From Myxococcota bacterium (GTDB lineage Bacteria > Myxococcota_A > UBA796 > UBA2385), in assembly GCA_044344255.1 (NCBI GenBank), contig JBIJDH010000001.1, forward strand, positions 448,001-512,000: 64,000 bases of DNA, in the 5' to 3' direction. Below, in pieces: positions 18,943-28,653 of the stretch. The position numbers and the translations under genes were made by a program. The notes under the pieces are model-generated. The model did no database searches. It was not told the origin of the DNA and worked only from the letters and a program-made list of their open reading frames with translations. Position 1 is the stretch's first letter. Each line of letters starts with the position of its first letter.

Positions 18943-19277
18943 GGGGGACTCCACGTTTCCTGAATGAAGGGCGCGACCGGTGAGCGGCGGACGCCTCGTC
19001 GGGGTTCCGGAGGTCGGGGGCGAGAGGATACGCAAGGATGCCTCCTCCGTCGCCCCGGACGGGTCAAGGGGGTGTCAATCGCTAAGCCTCGCTGGGAGGG
19101 GGTCACCCGGCCAACGGTCATGCTCAAAGGGACGAAAATACAAAGAGCGCGAGGCCAGGTCGCCCAGCGGTGGGAGACAGCGGCAGAAAGAAGCGGTGGG
19201 AGACGCGGAAGCATGCCCCGAGCACGCTCGATCGATCGGTCCGGACCCTAACCAGCCAAAAGGTGCCTGCACCCCCA

Positions 19278-20069
19278 ATGCCAGCCAAACAGCCTCTGAT
19301 CACCGATCCCTTCGACCAACACGCGCGGGCCTACGCGGAGTGTTGGGAGGCGGAGGCGCCTGCGATCGCCCAGCGTCGGGCCGTTCACGCCACGATGGAT
19401 CGCTGGCTGGCCCCGGACGCGCGGGTGCTCGACCTCGGCTGCGGCACGGGTATTGACGCCGCCTGGCTGCAGTCCACCGGGCGGAGCGTGCTGGCCCGCG
19501 ACGCCTCTCCGGGCATGGTCGCAGCGGCCCGCGCGCGCGGGGTCGCGGCGGAGCGCCTCCCCGCCGAGCAGCTCGCCGCGCTCCACAGCGCCCCCCTCGA
19601 CGGCGCGCTGCTCAACTTCGGCGTGCTCAACTGCATCCCCGACCTCGAGGCCCTGTCTCGAGACCTCAGCCGCCTGCTCCGACCAGGCGCCAGCCTCTTC
19701 CTGGTCCTGATGCCGCGCCTCTCCCCGGCCTGGACCCTTGGGGCGCTCAAGCGGGGCGGCCTGCGGGCGGCCTGGGCGCGCGCGCAGGCGGTCACCGACG
19801 TGCCCGTCGAGGGCCGACCGGTCCGGGTGACCTACCACAACCCATCCGCCGTGATCGCCGCCTTTCAGAGCGCCTTTGTCCGCGTCGATCAGCTCGGTCT
19901 CGGCTTCCTGCTCCCCCCGCCGGGGAGCCGCCGGGCGGCCGCCCTCACCCCCACCTTCGACCGACTGGAGGCCCCGCTGCGGCGCCTCCCCGGGCTGCGC
20001 CAAGTCGGAGACCACGTGCTGATCGTACTCCAGAGGCTCCCCGATCCCCTCCGGGAGGCCGAGCGCTGA
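19278..20069 (+). CDS. Class I SAM-dependent methyltransferase
   Basis: VLDLGCGTG, DASPGM, NFGVLNC. Confidence 0.85.
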   Translation: MPAKQPLITDPFDQHARAYAECWEAEAPAIAQRRAVHATMDRWLAPDARVLDLGCGTGIDAAWLQSTGRSVLARDASPGMVAAARARGVAAERLPAEQLAALHSAPLDGALLNFGVLNCIPDLEALSRDLSRLLRPGASLFLVLMPRLSPAWTLGALKRGGLRAAWARAQAVTDVPVEGRPVRVTYHNPSAVIAAFQSAFVRVDQLGLGFLLPPPGSRRAAALTPTFDRLEAPLRRLPGLRQVGDHVLIVLQRLPDPLREAER

Positions 20070-20091
20070 CGGACCCCGATCGGGGGCACCG

Positions 20092-20850
20092 TCAGATGGT
20101 GTCCGGCGCCGCGCAGCCGAGCTCCGCTGCCATCGCCTGATCGGAGAGGGCCCAGAGGCTGCCGAAGGCCCGCCAGAGCTCACCTGCGAGCACCGGGCCG
20201 CCGTCGCGGTCACCGCTGGAGCGGAGGGGGTCGTTGAGGACCATCCCGTTGCGGCTCTCCGTGTCATGCGGGCTGTGGAGGTTCATCCGGAGCCGGTTGA
20301 CCCCAGAATTGCTCAAGTGGACGACGGTGACGGTGTCATCGGCGTTGACGGACTCGACCACGCCCACATGGGTGAGCTCGTCGTCCCGCCGTCGGTTGTT
20401 GTTTCGATCGTAGGTGTCGTCAAAGAAGACGATGTCCCCGACGAAGGGGCGCTTCTTTCGATGGAGCAGGCCTTCGTCCTGGGCGAGCTCGTAGAGGTCT
20501 TTGCTCGAGCCCCGCAGCGAAGCGCCTGCCTTGGCATACGCGGCCTCGACGAGGCCAGAGCAGTCGTACCGGTAGCGCTCGCCCGAGACCGTGAGCCGGC
20601 CCTGCCCGACGAAGGAGCCGGCCGCCTTGGCCACCGCCTCCCCCTCGCGGGCGCCGCGCCGCTTCACCCGTGGGTTGGCGATGTCTGCGCCCTCGTCCCG
20701 AGCCACCGCGGTGCGCTTCGAGCGGTCAGCGTAGGCGCCGGGGTCACGGCCCATCTCGCCGAGCGGACCCGGCATGTTGAGGCCGCCGCGATGCGCGCAA
20801 GCGGTCAAGAGACCGGTCAGCAGCATGAGTCGGAGGTGGGGGCGAGCCAT
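20092..20850 (-). CDS. NlpC/P60 (CHAP-like) cell-wall peptidase lipoprotein
   Basis: LTAC lipobox; YDCSGLV; GDIVFF; THVGVV. Confidence 0.85.
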   Translation of the reverse strand: MARPHLRLMLLTGLLTACAHRGGLNMPGPLGEMGRDPGAYADRSKRTAVARDEGADIANPRVKRRGAREGEAVAKAAGSFVGQGRLTVSGERYRYDCSGLVEAAYAKAGASLRGSSKDLYELAQDEGLLHRKKRPFVGDIVFFDDTYDRNNNRRRDDELTHVGVVESVNADDTVTVVHLSNSGVNRLRMNLHSPHDTESRNGMVLNDPLRSSGDRDGGPVLAGELWRAFGSLWALSDQAMAAELGCAAPDTI

Positions 20851-20955
20851 GATCGACGTTTACACTGTTGACGCGGCAAGGGCAAGGAGGACCTTTACCC
20901 GAGCCAGGACCAGACCCCTCCCCGGGGTTAGTCTGCCCCCCCGCCTGGAGACGCC

Positions 20956-21960
20956 ATGGCCGACCCACTCTCCGCCTCATTCTCCGCCTCATTCTCCGCC
21001 TCACCGCCCCCGATCACGCGCGCCGCATCCGTCCGGAAGGACATCCTCGACGAGATCGACGAGCTCCGCGTGTCCCGAGACGCCGTCATCCTGGCCCACT
21101 ACTACCAGGAGCCCGACATCCAAGACCTCGCCGACCACATCGGCGACTCCCTCCAGCTCGCCCAGGCCGCGCGTGACACCAACGCCCGGGTGATCCTGTT
21201 CTGCGGCGTGCACTTCATGGCCGAGACCGCCAAGATCCTCAACCCCGACCGCGTCGTCCTGGTGCCCGACATGGCGGCGGGCTGCTCCCTCGCTGACTCG
21301 GCCCCGGCGGCGCGGGTGGCGGCGTGGAAGGCGGCCCACCCCGGCTACGCCCTCGTGAGCTACATCAACTGCTCCGCCGCCGTAAAGGCCCTGTCCGACG
21401 TCATCTGCACGAGCTCGAACGCCGTTCGCGTGATCGAGAGCATCCCGCACGACCAGGGGATCCTGTTCTGCCCCGACCGCAACCTCGGGGCCTGGCTGAT
21501 CAAGCAGACCGGCCGCGAGATGGTGCTCTGGCCCGGTGCGTGCATCGTACACGAGACCTTCAGCGAGCAGAAGCTCGTGGCCCTGAAGGTGCGCCACCCG
21601 CGGGCAAAGGTCATCTGCCACCCGGAGTGTGAGCCGAACCTGCTCCGGCATGCCGACCACATCGGCTCCACCTCGAGCCTGCTGCGCTATGCGACCACCA
21701 CCCCGGACGCCGACACCTTCATCGTCGGCACCGAGCCCGGGATCCTCCACCAGATGCAGAAGGCGGCGCCCGACCGTACCTTCTTGCCGCTGCCGGGCAT
21801 GGACGAGACCTGCGCGTGTAACGAGTGCCCGCACATGCGCCGCAACACCCTCGAGAAGATCCGTGACGCCCTCAAAGACTTGAGCCCGCGCCTCGAGATG
21901 GACGAGGCCCTGCGCCAAGCCGCGCTCAAGCCCCTCACCCGCATGCTCTCCCTCGGCTGA
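20956..21960 (+). CDS. nadA: Quinolinate synthase
   Basis: ILAHYYQ, GDSLQL, FCGVHFMAETAKILNP, AGCSLAD, HPEC, CPHM. Confidence 0.97.
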   Translation: MADPLSASFSASFSASPPPITRAASVRKDILDEIDELRVSRDAVILAHYYQEPDIQDLADHIGDSLQLAQAARDTNARVILFCGVHFMAETAKILNPDRVVLVPDMAAGCSLADSAPAARVAAWKAAHPGYALVSYINCSAAVKALSDVICTSSNAVRVIESIPHDQGILFCPDRNLGAWLIKQTGREMVLWPGACIVHETFSEQKLVALKVRHPRAKVICHPECEPNLLRHADHIGSTSSLLRYATTTPDADTFIVGTEPGILHQMQKAAPDRTFLPLPGMDETCACNECPHMRRNTLEKIRDALKDLSPRLEMDEALRQAALKPLTRMLSLG

Positions 21961-21980
21961 GGGGGCCGCGGCGCCCGGAG

Positions 21981-22052
21981 GCCCGTCAGCGCGCGGCGGC
22001 CCGTCAGCGCGCGGCGGCCCGTCAGCGCGCGGCGGCCCGTCAGCGCGCGGCG
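21981..22052. repeat. Perfect 18-bp tandem repeat x4
   Basis: (GCCCGTCAGCGCGCGGCG)x4; includes the stop codon of the convergent small ORF. Confidence 0.9.
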
Positions 22053-22225
22053 GCGGCCTTGTCGCGGTTGAGACCGGCCGTCACGAGCTCGAGCACCTTG
22101 GTGGAGACAAGGATCACCTCGTCGTGATTAAGGCCCTGGGTCTTGACCAGGTGCTCGTACCAGCTCTTCGCCAGGCGGGAGTTGCGCTCGAGCAGGAGGT
22201 CGGTCGCGGAGGGCGCCTTGGACAT
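22040..22225 (-). CDS. Small helical hypothetical protein (61 aa)
   Basis: MSKAPS...RLAKSWYEHL...GLNHDEVILVSTKVLELVT; high GC3. Confidence 0.7.
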   Translation of the reverse strand: MSKAPSATDLLLERNSRLAKSWYEHLVKTQGLNHDEVILVSTKVLELVTAGLNRDKAAAAR

Positions 22226-22439
22226 CGGTTCACCGGGCGGAGGGAGGGTGGCGGGCGAAGGGGCGGAGGGATGGGCTCTCGGAGGCTCCAACCCGGTCAG
22301 ATCCCCTGCATGAACCGTGCCCGCGCTCGCCATCCCAAATCGCCCGGTATTGGGCCTCCATCGGCCACGCGGGTCATCGTTTTGCGTAGCGGGCTTCGCG
22401 CGGCTGCGAAATCGTCTTCGCAGCCACGCGCCCTGCGTC

Positions 22440-24452
22440 TCAGCGGCCCTCCATCGCCTTCTGCACCATCTTGATGTACTGTCGGAGGTTCGGGATGTCG
22501 GCGTTGAGGGCCTTCGCCCGCTGGAGGTCCTGGAAGGCCTGCTTGTGGTTCTTCCGGTAGTGGTGGCAGATGCCCCGCCGACACCAGGCCATCGCGTCGT
22601 TGCCGTCGATCGCGATCGCGTTGTCGAAGTGGTCGATCGCGCGCCGGTACTCCTTTCGGGCGAAGAAGAGGTTGCCCATCTCGAGGATGGGGGCCGCCGA
22701 CTTGGGTGCGAGGTCCTCCGCCTTTTGGAAGTCGCTCATCGCGGCGCCGTAGTCGCCGAGCTCCGTCTGGCAGCGCCCGCGCCCGAGCAGCGCCTGGACC
22801 ACGTCCGGCTGCAGGCCGATGAGATCGGTGTAAAACAGGATCGCCCCCTGGAGGTCGCCCTTGCCCTCCGCCTCCCGTGCCCGGCCGAGCCAGCGTTGAA
22901 TCTCACCTTCGCTGGGGCCAGCCATCGGGGTGTGCGCCGGTAGGGTGGAGCCGAGGCGATCGTCGTCATCGGTGAGCTGAGGGATCCGGGCGGCCGGAGC
23001 CTGAACCTCGTCTGGCTCCTCGAAGGTCAGAGAGAGGCCCTCGGTCTCGCTGTCCTCTGGACCTGCGAAGCTGGGGCTCACCCGCGCGATCTCGTCGGTC
23101 TCCGATTCACCGAGCGCGAGGGTGGGGGTGACCGCGCGGGCCTTGCCGACGCCGAGGATCTGGATGGCAGCGGCGCCGGACTCCGGGTCCGCGCCGCCCA
23201 CACGGGCCGACACCATCCGTGGCGCCTGGAGGGCGGGGGGCTCATCGTCCGGGGCAGGGACGCGCGGCGGGCTGGCGCCCAGTCGGACGCCGAGCGCGCC
23301 CGGCCGGGTCGCCGCCGCGCCGGCCTCTCGCGGGGCGGGGAGCGCGTCCCGCATCGGGCCGTCGAGGAAGGGCGAGCGGACGATCGAGGTCGGATCGACC
23401 TCATCGTCCCCATCTGCGGGCTGACCCGGCTCGAGCTCCGCGATCTCCAGCCCCGGCAGGGAGGGTTCGGGCGAGGCAAAGTCGAGCGTGTCGGAGTCTT
23501 CTTCGGTCTCCTTCGGACGGACTGAGGCGAAGGAGGCGGCGAAGAGCGTGTTTGGCCCGATCCCGTGGAGGGTCTCGCTCTCTTCATCCATTCCCCCCGA
23601 ATCCAAACCCTTCGTCTCCGCGCCCTTCCCTTCCACGCCCCCGGCGTCCGTCCACTTGGCTACGGGAGCCGACGGCTCCGCGACCAGCGGGCGAAGGGAG
23701 ACGGTGTCCTCCTCCTCGGGGATCTCCCCCATCACGGCGCGGCCAAGGGGCCGAGCGGCGGGCCGGGCTTCCGGCTCCGGATCGAGGCTCGGCCGGCTCA
23801 GACGCGTGGCGGCGGCGGCCGACCGGGTCGAGAACTGCGGGGGGAGGCTCGGCGCGGTGAAGATCCCCGTCGGATCTTCATCCACATCGGTGGGGTCCAG
23901 CACCACCGCGCTCGCATGCGCCGCGGCAGAACGAACGGGGATGAAGGAGACCTTGGGTGAGGTCAGGCTCAGCGGAGCAGAGGTCGCGAGCGGGCGCTGC
24001 GCCGGAGCGGCGGACGCGATCGGTGCGACGGCCAAGGGGGCCGCAGCGGCCACGGAAGCTACGGCAGGTACGGCAGCTATGCCCGCCACCGGCCTCTGCG
24101 TGGAGGCGGAGCGGTTCGACGGTGTGAAGCGCACGGCCGCCTCGAAGGGTCGATCGACCGAACGATCTCCCGAACGATCAACCGCGCGGCCGACGGGGCG
24201 CGACGCCGAGGCCAGTCCTACGGGCGGCTCGACCGGCAGACGCTCGTGGACGGCGCCCTGACCCGTTTGCTCCCCCACGAAGAGGGGGTGATCGAGGCGA
24301 GCGCGGTCCGCGTGAGCCCCCACCGAGGCCCGCAGCTCCAGGTCGAGCGCCCGGTCGAAGGGGAGGTGCTGGTGCGCGATCGCGGAGATCCGCGCCCGCG
24401 CGGCCAGGACGGTGGCCAGGATGGCCTCAGCGGCTTCGATCCGTTCGTACAT
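22440..24452 (-). CDS. TPR-repeat protein with a long disordered acidic/Pro-rich region
   Basis: About four C-terminal TPRs (ALLGRGRC...GDYGAAMSDFQKA). Confidence 0.8.
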   Translation of the reverse strand: MYERIEAAEAILATVLAARARISAIAHQHLPFDRALDLELRASVGAHADRARLDHPLFVGEQTGQGAVHERLPVEPPVGLASASRPVGRAVDRSGDRSVDRPFEAAVRFTPSNRSASTQRPVAGIAAVPAVASVAAAAPLAVAPIASAAPAQRPLATSAPLSLTSPKVSFIPVRSAAAHASAVVLDPTDVDEDPTGIFTAPSLPPQFSTRSAAAATRLSRPSLDPEPEARPAARPLGRAVMGEIPEEEDTVSLRPLVAEPSAPVAKWTDAGGVEGKGAETKGLDSGGMDEESETLHGIGPNTLFAASFASVRPKETEEDSDTLDFASPEPSLPGLEIAELEPGQPADGDDEVDPTSIVRSPFLDGPMRDALPAPREAGAAATRPGALGVRLGASPPRVPAPDDEPPALQAPRMVSARVGGADPESGAAAIQILGVGKARAVTPTLALGESETDEIARVSPSFAGPEDSETEGLSLTFEEPDEVQAPAARIPQLTDDDDRLGSTLPAHTPMAGPSEGEIQRWLGRAREAEGKGDLQGAILFYTDLIGLQPDVVQALLGRGRCQTELGDYGAAMSDFQKAEDLAPKSAAPILEMGNLFFARKEYRRAIDHFDNAIAIDGNDAMAWCRRGICHHYRKNHKQAFQDLQRAKALNADIPNLRQYIKMVQKAMEGR

Positions 24453-24552
24453 ACCACCCTGCCTGAGGTTCGGGGCCCGATGGGCCCCGCACACCCGATG
24501 TTTGTCGCTTCAATCCAGACCTTCAGGGGATCCCGGCGGCCCGTCGCGGCGG

Positions 24553-25140
24553 CTACTCGGCCCCGGGGAGGCCCGCTCTGGCCGGCGGCAGCCCGGAGCC
24601 GAGGGCTCCGGTGGCGCCGATCACAGCCGCCTCGGTGGTCATCTGAGAGGTGAGCCCGCTGATGCTGCTGGCGAGCTCCTCCTTGAGCCGCCGCAGTCGC
24701 GTGATGTTCTCCTCGAGCGTCTTCATCTTGGTCTTCAGCGAGATGTTCTCGTTGCGGAGCATCTCTGCCTCATCGGTGAGGGCCGCCACCCGCTGCCGGG
24801 TGCGCTCGGCCTCGGCGTCCGCCTCGCGGACCTCCCGCTCCAGCCGCTCGACCTCGGCCCGCAGCACGTCCCGCTCATCAAAGAGCTGGGCATGGTTGGC
24901 CCGCACCTGCTCGGCGCTGGCTCGCGCAGCCTCGACCTCGGCGCTCAAGCCGCGCAGCTCGGCCTCCAAGGCGTCCCGGCCAGACCGATGGCGCTCGATC
25001 TCGATCTCGGCGCCGATGATGCGTCGTGTGGTCCCCTCCGTCGATCGAAGGGCGTGGGTGAGCTCGCCCAGACGGGCTTCCAGGATGCTGGCGAGCTCTC
25101 CCTGAATCTCCTGAAGGCGATCCGCTGTGGCGTCGCTCAT
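24553..25140 (-). CDS. Coiled-coil protein
   Basis: Continuous heptad pattern from MSDATADRLQEI. Confidence 0.75.
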   Translation of the reverse strand: MSDATADRLQEIQGELASILEARLGELTHALRSTEGTTRRIIGAEIEIERHRSGRDALEAELRGLSAEVEAARASAEQVRANHAQLFDERDVLRAEVERLEREVREADAEAERTRQRVAALTDEAEMLRNENISLKTKMKTLEENITRLRRLKEELASSISGLTSQMTTEAAVIGATGALGSGLPPARAGLPGAE

Positions 25141-25497
25141 CGCGGCTGCTCCAAAATTCGGTTGATCGCGGAAGGGCAGGTGGCACAAGGCGCCCCCCCT
25201 CCCGATCCAGTTTCTACAATGAAGTCAAGAGAAGAAATCAAGATAACGATCGGGACTAACAGGTAAACACTCAACGGCGGCTTGAGGGGCTGGTCTGGAG
25301 GGACCTGGACCGCCACCGACATGCTCAAATTGGCCCCGTAGGGGGCCTGCCCAAATGCGCACGCCGGAGCCGTGTTTCAAGTTCCTCAGCGCCATGCGGC
25401 CACCAAGTGGCCTCCACGGTACCAGCGATGGACGGCACCTGTCAACGCGCCCACCGCCTGGATAGGGGCTCGTTCGCCCACCAGACGAAGGTTGACC

Positions 25498-25941
25498 ATG
25501 TCTCGGGTGCCCCTGCTCGCCGCCACCGCCGGGCCCCTCCAAGGGGCCCGCTACGAGATCACGGAGGAGGGGATCCTCCTCGGTCGTGATCCCGAATGTG
25601 CCGTCGCGATCCCGGATCAAGGCATCTCCCGCCAGCACGCCCGCCTGCTCTACCGGAGCGGCGAGGTGTGGGTGCAAGACGCCGGGAGTCGAAACGGCGT
25701 CTTCGTCAATGGGAAGCGGGTCACCCGCCCGAAGAGCGTCGGGCCCGGGGACAAGATCACCCTCGGAGACCACGCCTTCACGGTGGAGATGTCGTCGGAG
25801 GAGCAGGAACACTCCGTGACCGCTCAGGTTCCGGCCTCGCTCAAGCCCCCCCCGAACCGCACCCCGAGCGCGGCGTGGATCGCCGGTGTGGGCCTGCTGG
25901 CCGTGATCGTCGCCGTGGTGGTCTACTTCGTCCTGCCCTGA
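25498..25941 (+). CDS. FHA-domain protein with a C-terminal membrane anchor
   Basis: LGRDP, ISRQHA, DAGSRNGVFVNG; C-terminal TM. Confidence 0.9.
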   Translation: MSRVPLLAATAGPLQGARYEITEEGILLGRDPECAVAIPDQGISRQHARLLYRSGEVWVQDAGSRNGVFVNGKRVTRPKSVGPGDKITLGDHAFTVEMSSEEQEHSVTAQVPASLKPPPNRTPSAAWIAGVGLLAVIVAVVVYFVLP

Positions 25942-26020
25942 GCGCCTGCCCTGAATGTGCGAGGCAAACCGGGCCCCTCCGCCGATCTCGCCGTGGCACA
26001 TCTGCGCCACCGCCTTGGAC

Positions 26021-26075
26021 GTGACTCCAACTTGAGTTACGCAGAGGGACCGCACGTGACCGCAGTCAGAGTCAC
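26021..26075. promoter_or_regulatory. Two 20-bp palindromic operator-like sites
   Basis: GTGACTCCAACTTGAGTTAC (26021-26040) and GTGACCGCAGTCAGAGTCAC (26056-26075). Confidence 0.6.
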
Positions 26076-26090
26076 GCCGACGGAGGCCTC

Positions 26091-26915
26091 CTGTCTGCCC
26101 TCCCCCTCCACGAAGCGCTCATCCAGGAGCTGGCCACGCTCGGGCTCGCCCGGAACGAGGCCATCGCCTACCTCACGCTCCTGGAGGACGAGAGCGGCCG
26201 CGGCATGACCGGCTACGAGGTGGCGGCCCGCTCGGGCGTGCCCCGCAGCGCGGTGTACGCGGTGCTGCGCGGGCTCGAGACGAGCGGCGCCGCCTTCTCC
26301 TACGGCAGCGATCCCGCGCGCTTCGCCGCCACCGATCCCGAGCGCCTGCTCGACCGGATGCGCCGCGACACCCTCTCGCGGCTCGAGGGCGTGTCCCGGT
26401 CGCTCCAGGCGCTCCCCAAGCGCAGCCGGCCCGAGCCCGTCTGGATCCTCGGCCGCTACGACGACGTGATGGCGCGCATCGACACCATGATCCGCGGGGC
26501 GGAGCAGAGCGTCTACCTCTCGCTCTGGCCGCGGGAGCTCGAGCGCCTCCTCCCCGCCCTCGCCCACGTCGTCGACCGCCCGCTCCACCGCGTGCTGCAC
26601 TGCCCGGCGCGGGCCGAGCGCACGCCGCCGGGCTTCTCCTGCTGGATCGACGACGTCGCGGGTGACGAGACCAAGGCCGCCTGGTCGCACAAGGCCCTCG
26701 CGGTGGTCGACCGCCGGGAGGCCCTGATCGGCGGCGCCGAGCCGGCGGTCGACAACCACGCCGTCTGGACCGCCAACCCCTCGCTGGTCGACGTCGCCAC
26801 CAACCACATCATCCTCGACATCACGCTGATGGCCTCCCGCCTCGGCCGTGACTGTGTGGGCGACGTCTCGCCGATGATGCGCCCCCACCTCACGGGCGAC
26901 AGCGTCCATGCCTGA
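26091..26915 (+). CDS. TrmB-family sugar-sensing transcriptional regulator (probable CTG start)
   Basis: LATLGLARNEAIAYLTLL...TGYEVAARSGVPRSAVYAVLRGLE; the HTH begins upstream of the first ATG; GGAGG precedes CTG 26091. Confidence 0.85.
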   Translation: MSALPLHEALIQELATLGLARNEAIAYLTLLEDESGRGMTGYEVAARSGVPRSAVYAVLRGLETSGAAFSYGSDPARFAATDPERLLDRMRRDTLSRLEGVSRSLQALPKRSRPEPVWILGRYDDVMARIDTMIRGAEQSVYLSLWPRELERLLPALAHVVDRPLHRVLHCPARAERTPPGFSCWIDDVAGDETKAAWSHKALAVVDRREALIGGAEPAVDNHAVWTANPSLVDVATNHIILDITLMASRLGRDCVGDVSPMMRPHLTGDSVHA

Positions 26916-28653
26916 GGGAGCCGGGCCCACCCGGCTCGGCCCCTGGGAGCTCCTCGAGCGCATCGGCGCAGGGGGCATGGCCGAGGTCTTCCTCGCCCGC
27001 CTCCGCGAGGCGCCGCCGGGCGACGGCACGGGAGCGCCCGACGCGGTCGCCACCCCCGAGGTGGTGGTCAAGCGCATCCGGCCCGAGCACGCCGATGACG
27101 CCGACTTCATCGAGATGTTCCGCCACGAGGCCACGCTCGCCTCTCGATTCGATCACGAGAACATCGTCGCGGTGCGCTCCTTCGGCGAGCTCGACGGCGC
27201 GGCCTGGATCGTGATGGACCGGGTCCGGGGCCCGAGCGTCTCAGCCCTCCACCGCCACCTCCGGGAGCGCCGAACCCGCCTGCCTCCTCCGCTCGCCGTG
27301 GCCCTCACGATGCAAGTCGCGCGGGCCCTCGAGCACATCCACACCCGCGAGGACGAGCGAGGGCAGCCCCTCCAGATCGTGCACCGCGACGTCTGCCCTG
27401 CCAACCTCCTCCTCGACTGGAGCGGCCGGGCCCGCCTCTCTGACTTCGGCATCGCCCGCTCGGCCCTCTCCACCTGGGCCACCCGTGGCCCCACCGTCAA
27501 GGGCCACCTCTCCTCGATGAGCCCCGAGCAGGGCCGCGGAGAGGTCGCCACCGCCGCCTCCGACCTCTGGAGCCTCGGCGTGATCCTCCACGAGCTGTTG
27601 AGCGGCCAGCGCCTCTTCGCCCGGGCCAGCGACGCCGCCACCCTCGAGGCGGTGCAGTCCGCCCCGATCCCGAAGCCGAGCGCCTACGATCCCACGATCC
27701 CGCCGGCCCTCGACGCCCTGGTGCTCTCCCTCCTCGAGCGCTCGCCGGCGCGCCGCCCGCCCTCGGCGACCGCGGTCGCCGCCGCCCACGAGGCCGCGCT
27801 CTCGCCCGCTCCCCGCGCCGCCCTGGGCGCCTGGCTGCTGGCCGAGCTCGGGGAGGGCCCTCGGCCGGAGACATCCCTCACCCTCCTCCCCCGCTCCCCC
27901 GAAGAGGTCGATGACCTCGAGCTTGACGAGCCGGAGGTCATGCCGGTCACCGTGCGGCTGCCGCCGACCTCCCCGCGCCCGAGCGGCGAAGGCGGGCCCA
28001 CCCCGAGCCACCCCGCGCGCGCCGCCGCCCTCGCGCGCGCCGCCCTCGCGCTCGCCGCCCTGCTCGGCCTCGCGGTCCTGCTCACCCTCTCAGGGTCGTT
28101 CTCTCTGCTCACCCGCGCGCCGTCGGACCGTCCGCCCGCGGCGCCCCCGCCCACGGCGCCCGCGGTCTCTGCCTCGCGCCCGCCCGAGCCCGAGCCCGCC
28201 GCGCCGCCGCCCGAGCCGGCCCTGGTCGCCCCGCGGCCGGCAGCCCCCCGCGCCGCGGCCCCCCCGACGAGCTCCGCCGCGGCTCCCCCGCCCGCTCCTT
28301 CGGCCCAGTCTGTCGCCCCCGCCGCGCTCGCCCCGCCCCGGACCACGGCGGAGGTCGCTCCGGCGGTGCCGCCGAGGGCCGCAGAGGCCGCCGAGACCGC
28401 CGAGGCCGCGCCCGCCGTGGCACCCGCCCCCGCCGAGGGGCCGGGGCGGCTGATCCTCGAGCTGCGCGGCGGCTGGGGGGTGGTGCGCATCGACGGCAAG
28501 GTGGTCAAGGTGAAGGGCGGGACCGCCACCTTGACCCTCCCCGCCGGCCCGCACAGCCTGAAGATCGAGCAGGTGACCACCGGCCACACCGTCGAGCGCG
28601 CCTTCACCCTCTCCCCCGGCGCCGACACCGCGCTCGTCGTGGAGCTCGAGTGA
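26908..28653 (+). CDS. Hanks-type Ser/Thr kinase with TM and a PEGA-like C-terminal domain
   Basis: IGAGGMAEV, VKR, HRDVCPAN, DFG, SPEQ, DLWSLG. Confidence 0.92.
   Translation: MPEGAGPTRLGPWELLERIGAGGMAEVFLARLREAPPGDGTGAPDAVATPEVVVKRIRPEHADDADFIEMFRHEATLASRFDHENIVAVRSFGELDGAAWIVMDRVRGPSVSALHRHLRERRTRLPPPLAVALTMQVARALEHIHTREDERGQPLQIVHRDVCPANLLLDWSGRARLSDFGIARSALSTWATRGPTVKGHLSSMSPEQGRGEVATAASDLWSLGVILHELLSGQRLFARASDAATLEAVQSAPIPKPSAYDPTIPPALDALVLSLLERSPARRPPSATAVAAAHEAALSPAPRAALGAWLLAELGEGPRPETSLTLLPRSPEEVDDLELDEPEVMPVTVRLPPTSPRPSGEGGPTPSHPARAAALARAALALAALLGLAVLLTLSGSFSLLTRAPSDRPPAAPPPTAPAVSASRPPEPEPAAPPPEPALVAPRPAAPRAAAPPTSSAAAPPPAPSAQSVAPAALAPPRTTAEVAPAVPPRAAEAAETAEAAPAVAPAPAEGPGRLILELRGGWGVVRIDGKVVKVKGGTATLTLPAGPHSLKIEQVTTGHTVERAFTLSPGADTALVVELE

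Noticed and set aside
14809..18963. 1384-aa plus-strand ORF and similar long ORFs (8175-10403, 27684-30218, 30371-32776, 38386-41811, 41510-44356)
   Set aside because: Antisense shadows of real high-GC3 genes, with no recognisable motifs.
20851..20955. NAD riboswitch or NrtR site upstream of nadA
   Set aside because: Only a weak palindrome and a small hairpin in ~100 bp; no convincing consensus by eye.
21981..22052. Possible CRISPR array
   Set aside because: Head-to-tail 18-bp units with no spacers; no repeat-spacer array was seen anywhere in the window.
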